From: Octopus sinensis
Taxonomy: Eukaryota
Direction of reading: 5' to 3'
Assembly: GCF_006345805.1 (NCBI RefSeq)
Contig: NC_043007.1
Location: 68,386,001-68,450,000 of the forward strand
Length of the DNA: 64,000 bases
Below the pieces are notes generated by a model. The model was not told the origin of the DNA. It worked only from the letters and a program-made list of their open reading frames with translations, and made no database searches. Numbering within the stretch: the stretch's first letter is position 1; every line of letters begins with the position of its first letter. Made by a program: the position numbers and the translations under genes. Below, in pieces: positions 55,181 to 64,000 of the stretch.

Positions 55181-55714
55181 CCGTAATAATGAAGGGTGAA
55201 ATTAATTATTTGGAAAAATTATCAATTACACCAAGTAGTCTTCGGCATGTAAAAGCCTCATTCGAGGAAAATTTAAGTAATACTAAGCAATAAGGTTTAG
55301 CAACGAGTTGCCTTACCACATACCGAATTTAGAAATAGCAGTCAAAGGGTTATAGCTATTTCTTCTACTAAAAAGGGAGATCTCAGTAAAACAGCATTTG
55401 GAAGGCAGACACAAACAGGTAAGAGAGAATGAATTGACTGCAATCTATCATACATTTTTTTTAGTTATCCACGGACGTACGTTTCGAAATCAAGTTTCGA
55501 AATCAAGTTGATTTCGAAACGTACGTCCGTGATAACTAAAAAAATGTATGCTAGATTGCAGTCATTCATTCTCTCTTACCTGTTTGTTGTCTGCCTCCAA
55601 ATGCTGTTTTTCTGAGATCTCCCTTTTTAGTAGAAGAAATAGCTATAACCCTTTGACTGCTATTTCTAATTCGGATTGTAAGGCAACTCGTTGCTAAACC
55701 CATATTGCTTAGTA
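55181..55714. mobile_element. Fold-back PLE-type unit whose axis (55507) lies inside a truncated hammerhead
   Basis: Arms about 55280-55506 and 55508-55714; GAAA cgtacg TC cgtg on both arms; 13-bp tandem duplication at the axis. Confidence 0.88.
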
Positions 55715-55750
55715 TATATATATAATTATATAATATATATATATATTTCG

Positions 55751-55807
<57 letters not shown>

Positions 55808-55808
<1 letters not shown>

Positions 55809-55963
55809 TACCGAAGAGATGTCGTGGATCCACTTCGGCATCTGAAACTCAGAGTTTTATCTTGACTATCGAGTAATGTAACATTATTGAATAGATAAAT
55901 TTCCTCTATTTACATAATATTGAGGTCTCTTTCTTTGTTTTGTTATCTTACCGTTTTACCAAT
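55808..55963 (+). mobile_element. P1 unit truncated at the HHR 5' edge
   Basis: CCGAAGA gatg..catc t GAAA ctcagag TT ttatc, then the same tail as 17557-17662. Confidence 0.8.
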
Positions 55964-55989
55964 ATATATATATAATTATATACAGATCC

Positions 55990-56620
55990 CTCTCTCTCTC
56001 TCTGCCCGTCATATAGGTTCTATCAGTACATACCTGACACTCTTTTACTCTTTACCCTCTCATCTCTTTACACACTCGTATATTTCTCTCTCTATTACCC
56101 CATTCCTTTTATCAATTTACCTTGACTGACCACTAACCAGTACACTTTCCATCTCTTCATTTCCTTATTATCTATCTCTCAGCTTTTCTTTTCTTTTCTT
56201 TTTTCTTCATCTCTTCCTGTTTTTGATTTGACCTTACAATCACATTCCCAACTTCTAAGCCTCTTCAAAAAAAAATACCCTCGATTCAATCACACCGTTT
56301 ACAAACTCTATGCTTGGAATGACCAATTTTAACTAGTATTGGAACTTACACACAAGGTACAGGAAACTAATACGTATACCAGTCTGCTTAAATAATGGAA
56401 CTGCAAATACAATATCCTTGCATATCTCATGTCTGTTTTCATTCTTCCACTTCACTATCTATTTCATATCTTCTCTAGAATAATTATTGCTTAACCATCT
56501 TCTCTCGCAGTCTCCGATAAAGGGATATATAAAATATCCCGGAAACAGCTGTAAGACCTCTTTATAAATGTCCTGAAATCTTTCACAGCCTTGGATTTTT
56601 ATCTCATTCTGTTAATATTA
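55990..56620 (+). mobile_element. PLE-type pyrimidine-rich 3' UTR fragment with HHR
   Basis: Composition like 9270-9800; HHR at 56510; TA runs flank. Confidence 0.55.
56510..56557 (+). ncRNA. Type I hammerhead with mutated core
   Basis: gtct CCGATAA a gggatat-ataaa-atatccc g GAAA cagctg TA agac. Confidence 0.7.
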
Positions 56621-56950
56621 TATATATAACCTTCGAAACGCAGAGTAGATGAAACCTGGCGACTGAGAAGGGGGATTTCCTTGGGTTATTTGTATGTACT
56701 TATTTTTTTGTTTATGTTAAGAAAAAGTCCAGTTCCTTGGTTTGTGTTTATGTTTTCGTTTTTCATTGTGTTCGACGTTTTTTCTTTTGGTATCATGTAC
56801 CCTTTATGCGTGTATATATACATGTAGAGGTAGGTACGTACATATATGTATGCATATTATGCATATGTTTATTTATTTTTATTATATATAAATATATATA
56901 TATATATAGAGATGAGAGAGAGAGAGGATAGAGAGATTGAAGATATATAT

Positions 56951-56986
<36 letters not shown>

Positions 56987-57099
56987 GGTAACATATATAG
57001 TAATATATACATACATTTATTATATATACATATCTATTTGCATATATATGATATATATGTATATATTACACACACACACACACACATACACACACACAC

Positions 57100-57131
<32 letters not shown>

Positions 57132-57132
<1 letters not shown>

Positions 57133-57292
57133 CGACAGACTCGTTCCAATTACCATCAGCCAAATCCACCCTTTAGTCGGCCCGTAACTGTAGTAGAAAT
57201 ACATTCGACCCAAGATGCTACGCGGTAGGACTGATCCCAGAATTATGTGATTCATTTGCAATCGTCTTAGCACACAGTCATGCCTGCGCCTC
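57132..57292 (-). mobile_element. SINE family B 5' half, diverged
   Basis: ccaaatccac..gtcggccc..tagtagaa..ccaagatgc.acgcggt.ggactga.ccc..cacagtcatgcctgcgcct. Confidence 0.65.
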
Positions 57293-58617
57293 TATCCAAA
57301 CAATAATATATATCTGCATACACCCCTCCAAACATAGTCCCCTAGTACATTGCGGTCGATTAGTATCTGCACACTTGTGTTAGTGATATTCGGTAGAATA
57401 TTATTGACATGTCTCCGTTCTATCTAAAGTCATGCTACAAATAGTTGCTCAAGTTACCGTGCATTGTAATTGAACCCGAGGTGACTTTATTTCGAAATGA
57501 ACTTCTTAAAAATTTGCCCATGCTTAATGCACTTTCCTATAAAAATAGTAATAACTGCTCCATCATACTTTATTATTACTCTTTGATATACAGCAATGCA
57601 CACCCACACATACACACATACACACACAGTTACGATGATGTATGCTCGCACATGCACGCGTGCGTGAGTGCATGAGTGTGGTTATGAGGTTTGCTGCGCA
57701 AAATCACGTTTGTCATTATTTCAATCATATCAGATTATAAATACACAGACACACACACGCACACATACACACTCACATATACACAGCCAGACACACAAAC
57801 ACACACACACATACATATGTATATATATATATATATATAGCTAAAATCCATAGACATATATAATGAAATCGTATATGATATATTTGTATACATCTATTCA
57901 TAGTAATCATCATATATATATTCATTAATGCACTTATATATATATATTTATATACATGTGTGTTTGTATATGTGTATGTATATAACCTATCTTGTCAGTC
58001 TCGTATTGAACAAAACTGAATGCGATATTATTTTGCTCTTTAAACCTTATCATGCGTATCTTAATTCAATCGATACTCTTATACTGATGTTTACCAGAGT
58101 CAGTTCCACTTGGCTACTCAACAAAAAATAAAAATACTCAAGCCATACAGCATATCGTTGTCTCTTTTTCACCTAAACTAAGGCCTATACAATAAAATCC
58201 AGAAGCCCATTAATGCTGCTTCTTCATAATAAATTTGCAGTAAATCTATATTTTTCAACTCTTGGAAAGATAAAGGATACAAACTCCAGGACAATGTTAC
58301 ATTATATATAAAATAAAATAAATCCGAATATTTACGCTAAATATATCATTTCTGTGTATAATATATAATTTCTGTGTTCAATTTCTATGGGCAATTTTAT
58401 TTAGTATCCAAGTTATTGACATTCATCTTGTTTACCATTTTACTCTATGTTAATAGTAAAACTTATTTATATAGTATTGTCCCGTAATAACCCATTAGGT
58501 TATTCACATATAAATAAAGACTTAGGATTTTGAATAATTTATCAGGAGAGGATCTATGCCTGTCACGTCCCGTTGATTCTTTAATTTGAGGATTTGAGAT
58601 CAGAATTATAAAACTTT

Positions 58618-58840
58618 GATGGCGGCGAACCGGCAGAATTGTTAGAGCTTCGAAAATAAATGCTTTGCGGTATATCTTCGGACTCAGCACCTTCTGTGTT
58701 TAAATTCCACCAGTGCCAATTTGGCCTTTTTCCCTCTTTCTAGATCGATAAAATAAATACCAATGGTGCACTGAGTCGATGTAATCGACGTGCCTCCTCT
58801 CCTAAAATTTGCTGTCTTTATACCAAAATAAAAAAGAAGA
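58618..58840 (+). mobile_element. SINE family C-related, diverged
   Basis: ggcggcgaaccggcagaattgttag..aaattcc..gatcgataaaataaatacca..gatgtaatcgac. Confidence 0.6.
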
Positions 58841-60789
58841 TATATATAATTATTAAGTTTTGAGAAAGGTTTTGTGTTAATCTGTTCTGTAATCATATGT
58901 TAGCTTAGCTGTGCGAGACACTTTGCATGTAGCCAGTTTCGGTTAAATTTTCAGACGTGGGATTACTTGAATGGACAGCAATATATACCCGGTGATCGGA
59001 TGGGGTGCTGTTTTAAATGGTGTGTCATATCGGAAATGTTCGAAATGAGCCACTCAGTCTGCCAAGGATGACCTCTCTCACCTATTCTGAGAACCGAATA
59101 CTGATACTACTGATACTGATAATAATGATATTACCAGTAACTGCTACCGAAAACTGATAATGCTGGTAACTACTGCACTCTTTATACAACGGAAAAATAT
59201 TTACAGTAATTAGTCAGCTACCACAGAAGTCGATGTGATCAGTAACATTCTGAAAGAATTCGTGGGGACGCCAGAAACAAAGCTTTACGCAGGTAAGTCG
59301 GTTCATTGTAGTTCGTTACATGGAGCGGCATGCACATGTTACAGGTTAACTTCAAGAGAGGCTCGACTAACGGGACCGATTCATTTGCCTTTAACCTACG
59401 TCATTCTAATGCTCTTAGTATTTAAGAATTGGAACTAGAATACGTAGCAATATTTGCACCTAAATGAACTGAGAGGACACTATACCTTAAAGGGTGGATA
59501 CAAATGGTGGACGTGTACATCACTGCCCTTTTATGTGGCCACCTGACCATCGTGCCTTACTTCAGATCTCGTCGAATCAAATCGGAGCACGTATGTTTAA
59601 CATTTTTGTACGGAAGAGATGCGTGTTATTATAATGGTGGACCATGTGCTGCAGACATTGTACAGACGTTTCGGTATTCTGTGTCTGACGATGTGAAGCC
59701 GTGTTCTACGACAGTGGAATTTAGTGATTCATGGACTGTGAGTAGATGTGACCGTGTGTTGTCAGATTTAGTTTTACATCTCGTCTTTTTGATAGAACAG
59801 CAGTCCTAGGTAAAATGAAGACAAAGAATAAGCGCTGGGTATCTACAAATTCACAATAGTCATTCAATGATTTCAGTAGAACGTTTGTGTTAGCATTCCA
59901 TAAAGGTTAGTAGTAAGATCTGTGCAAACATAGGAAAACTGGGAACGGAGGCAGACGAAAGTTAACGAACCAGTCAACTGCAAAAAGCTAATAATATATT
60001 CTTAACTTAGTACAAATGTATAGAGAAGAATGTAGATAATAATTATAATGTGATTTATAAGAATAACAATACTTTCTAATTTTTGGCACACGGCTAGCAA
60101 TTTTGAGGGAAATGCGTATAGCATGCCGGTTATATCGACTCAGGTACTTCACTGTTTTTTTTTTAAATTTTCTCTACCCCGCAAGTATGTAAGTTAAAGT
60201 CGGCCACAATGAAATTTGAACTCAGAACATAAAGAAACGGTAAAGAATTCTGTTCGACTCAATAACGATTCTATCAGCTTATTGCAGTTTAATTGTTTTA
60301 AGGTTTGGCACGAGACCAGTATATTTAGGTGGCGGTGTTGGCCGGTACTGGATTGTTAATTCGCTTTATCGACCCCGAAATGATAAAAGGCAAAGTTAAC
60401 CTCAGGGGGAGTTCAATTCCAACTGATGTCAATTTCTCCTTTTATCCTGATGGGCTCAGTTAAAGTATCGGTCAAAAACAGCCCTCGTTGGTATCGTCTA
60501 ATGCCACATCTCAAGATTTCTGACCTTGAGTTTGAACCAGATAATATTACTGTTAAGAATTAAAACGTTACATTTTGTGTCAATTGATATCGTCCCCCGC
60601 AATAAAATGAAAATCATTGCTAAGAGTTGATTTGAACTCAAAGAAGTCTGACGCAATTTTTCACATACTCACAACTACATACTGTATATGTGTGCGAGCA
60701 TGCAGATATATTTGTGCGTCTGTGACATGTATGTGTATATATGCACACAGACACATACGCACACACACAAGCATATATATACATATATA

Positions 60790-60840
<51 letters not shown>

Positions 60841-61001
60841 TATATACATATATATAAGTATATATATGTATAAGTATATACATATATAATATATATACAT
60901 ACACACACATACATATATATAATCATTTACATTTATATATGTACACACATACATATATCCATATATACATACATATATATATATGTATATATATATATAT
61001 G

Positions 61002-61071
<70 letters not shown>

Positions 61072-61741
61072 ATGTATGTATGCATGTATGTATGCATGTA
61101 TGTATGCATGTATGTATGTATCTGTGTATTCAAGTATGTATATGTATACGTATTTATGTAAAAGACATTGCTGGCTCTAGTGAAAACCTGTTTGCAATAA
61201 AGCAGATAATAGATTTCATGGCACTCATTTCACTTGTTTCATTTCACTTGAATGATGTGTATTGTTCGTGTCGTATGCAGAGGTGTTGCATGCTTTATTA
61301 CAGCCTCGGCTATTACAATGGCTACCTGGTTGTTATTGCAATCAGTGGACGTATCTTAGACACTTGTACGTGCATTTCCACTACAGAGCAACGTAGAGAA
61401 GCAGGCGATGTTACATTATTTCGAAGACTGATATAAATAAATATATAAATAAATAATGTATTTACTGCTAGTCGTTAACACTAATGGTAATACATTCCGA
61501 ACACTTGATGTTGCTTAAATACTTATCACTTTGTTTTATTTTTGTTTTTGCTGTAATTTTTTTTCTTCCTATCTGCTTCATCTCATACACATTGTCTATT
61601 ACATGCAACAGTGGTCAACGTATTATCTGCCCAAATGTATACACTTACATATACATACATAGATACAAACATACATACGTGTATACATGTGTGTGACTGT
61701 GTGCGAATGTTTGTGTGTGTGTGTGCGCGTATATATATATA

Positions 61742-64000
61742 CTAGCAATGTACCCCGGCGTTGCCCGGGTGTTCTGACCTATACTCTTTATTCTTTGCTT
61801 GTTTCATGCTGGAGCACCCCCTTTAGTCGAGCAACTCGACCCCAGGACTTATTCTTTGTAAGCCTAGTACTTATTCTATCAGTCTCTTTAAACCACTAAG
61901 TTACGAGGACGTAAACACACCAGCATCGGTTGTCAAGCGATTTCGGGGGACATAAACACAGACACACAAACGCACACGCATACACATACATAGACATATA
62001 TACGACAGGCTTCTTTTCAGTTTCCGTCTACCAAATCCACTCACAAGGCTTTGGTCGGCCCGAGGCTATAGTAGAAGACACTTGCCCAAAGTGCCACGCA
62101 ATGGGACTGAACCCGGAACCATGTGGTTGGTAAGCAAGCTACCTACCACACAGCCACTCCTGCGCCTATATAGCCACATTCTATAATTTGTTTCTTTTTT
62201 ATGGGCAGAATCAGCATACGTGGGGTGTGAAACAAACAACTCTTCTTTATAAACATGTTTTCCGGTCATTTTGTGATGAACAATGCTGACATTTTTGACA
62301 CCAAAAACATGTACAATGGCAGCTTACATTTGAATGAAATCCTTATATCGCCCCCAAAATGACCTAGACTTACCGATTTAAAGAACTGGATGGCGTATGT
62401 GGACGTAGAGGTATCTGTATTGCAGAAAGAAAGGTACATGTAAAAAAAGCTACTTCAGTGGGAAAAGCATCATCTCTGTAATGTTTGGGAATAATGCACA
62501 CTTCAACATATATTAAGTGAAGCCGACAATGCTTCTGGGTAAACTATGTTTTGCATAAGTTTAGTGTTGGTAGAACAAATATACATGTCATCTGCACTGC
62601 TAACTCGAGAGCATGCATCATATAGTTGTCCATTAAAAAAGCAGAGTATTTGTAAATTATGACCCATAATTTTTAAAGTTTGACCCTAGGCTTTGTAGAT
62701 CGTCATAGTGAAACACAATCGCAATGGGAACTGGAGGCACTTGAACTGAAATGACACATTTGATGGAATAAGGGTTATGCATGGAATGTATGTGATCTCC
62801 CATCGATGACAGCCGAAAATAATGGTTGATTCTAGGACATGACTTGTCATTGTAGTTACATTCAATTTTGTACCATTTCATAGTCGTGGTGGGTCCAAAT
62901 TTCCCAAGAGCATGATAGGAAAATTATAAGAAAACCTTGGCTTAGGAAAACTAATGCGATGGCAGTCTTGTGGGTTGTGGAGAGTTGAGAAATTCAACTG
63001 GATACTCAACAGTGGCATGTTCGTCGATGGTAGTATCAATGGAGACAACCGTTGAAGCATCTCCAGGTAGAATGTGGAGGAGTTCATGGTTTATTTTATC
63101 AACGCTTTCATTCCGAGGTGCTAATATAGCTCTCTCTCTGAACCATGCTATGTTTTTGATGTTGTCTTGCAATGTGAGAAATACCTTTTCTTTAAGCTCG
63201 GCCAATGTAGACACTATGTGCCCACATAGCAAAGGCACCATTTCCCATTTGTAGAAGTTGATAAAGAAAATTCCTCAGCTACGGAGTCGTTGTAGAGATG
63301 AGCTCGCATACTGATGCTCAATGAAAGCTGACGAACAAACCTCTACATAGGTGAAAACGTCAGAGTCACATATATGTTATATTTGACGTAAATCCCTTCC
63401 GAGGACGTAATTTAAGCCTCCCCATAACGGCAGTATTGTTTCTAATATCCCTTATTAGGGCTTCTAGTGCACCATGGTGTACCATCGTGCATTCATCCCG
63501 ACAATAAGTGTAGTTTAGAGCAGAACAACCGCTGTCGGTGATCGTTTTGAAATATTACACATTTGGGCAGCGCTGAAGTGAGTTTTCTTGAGCACGAATA
63601 GAGGCAGCTTTATTAGCAGCCCTTACTTGTGGAGATAAGAATGTTTTCGTTTTACTGGCATGGCTGAAAAGAGCGAAAGATTAAGGAACATATGAGATGG
63701 AAGACATAGCAATTTGAATTTGTGCATTGTATAATTTCATATTTTTGTAACGAATGAAAAGATGTGGAAAAATTCATATATCAATTTGTATACCGTTATT
63801 GTGAGAAGCAGTAAACTGTGAATGATTTGGCTATATTCTGTATTCATATACGTAATGCATTCTGTTAGCTGATATATAGTGGAGTGGATTACTGGCGTAA
63901 TGGAAGTTATTGTTTGTCCAGGAGTAAAGAATGGGTGTGTGTAAAATTTGCATGAAATGATTTGTGTTAAGAAGGATCACATACTATGTACTATTTCATC
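61742..64000 (-). mobile_element. Helitron 3' portion (decayed PIF1-like RepHel helicase) with intact 3' terminus
   Basis: MCNISKRS..DECTMVHHGALEA; WFRERAILAPRNESVDKIN..EYPVEFLNS; NLDPPRL; MTIYKA*GQTL..GQLY.ACSRV..NIVYPEAL; terminal hairpin CCCGGGCAACGCCGGG then CTAG|T at 61742. Confidence 0.9.
61783..62168 (-). mobile_element. SINE family B nested in the Helitron
   Basis: Aligns with 6599-7011. Confidence 0.9.

Overview
AT-rich, microsatellite-saturated eukaryotic non-coding DNA (intronic or intergenic). The repeat content most resembles a coleoid cephalopod (Octopus); this is an inference from recognised SINE families, not a database result. No host protein-coding gene can be supported, and most ORF-track entries are microsatellite translations or antisense shadows of transposons. 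The window is a mosaic of four tRNA-derived SINE families, decayed RTE, Tx1/L1 and R4/Dong LINEs, Tc1/mariner fragments, a Helitron, a fold-back element with an internal (CCCTAA)n array, and Penelope-like elements (PLEs). One PLE is a largely intact, 5'-truncated Naiad-type RT-GIY-YIG copy at 14.9-17.4 kb. The most striking feature is about 14 minimal type I hammerhead-ribozyme (HHR) motifs from about 9 unrelated sequence families, plus several half-motifs. Most lie in short non-coding PLE-derived units inserted in (TA)n tracts, many as head-to-head fold-back palindromes. One lies in a TSD-flanked composite with a tRNA/Pol III head and an HHR tail. All motifs were read by eye, so boundaries are approximate.
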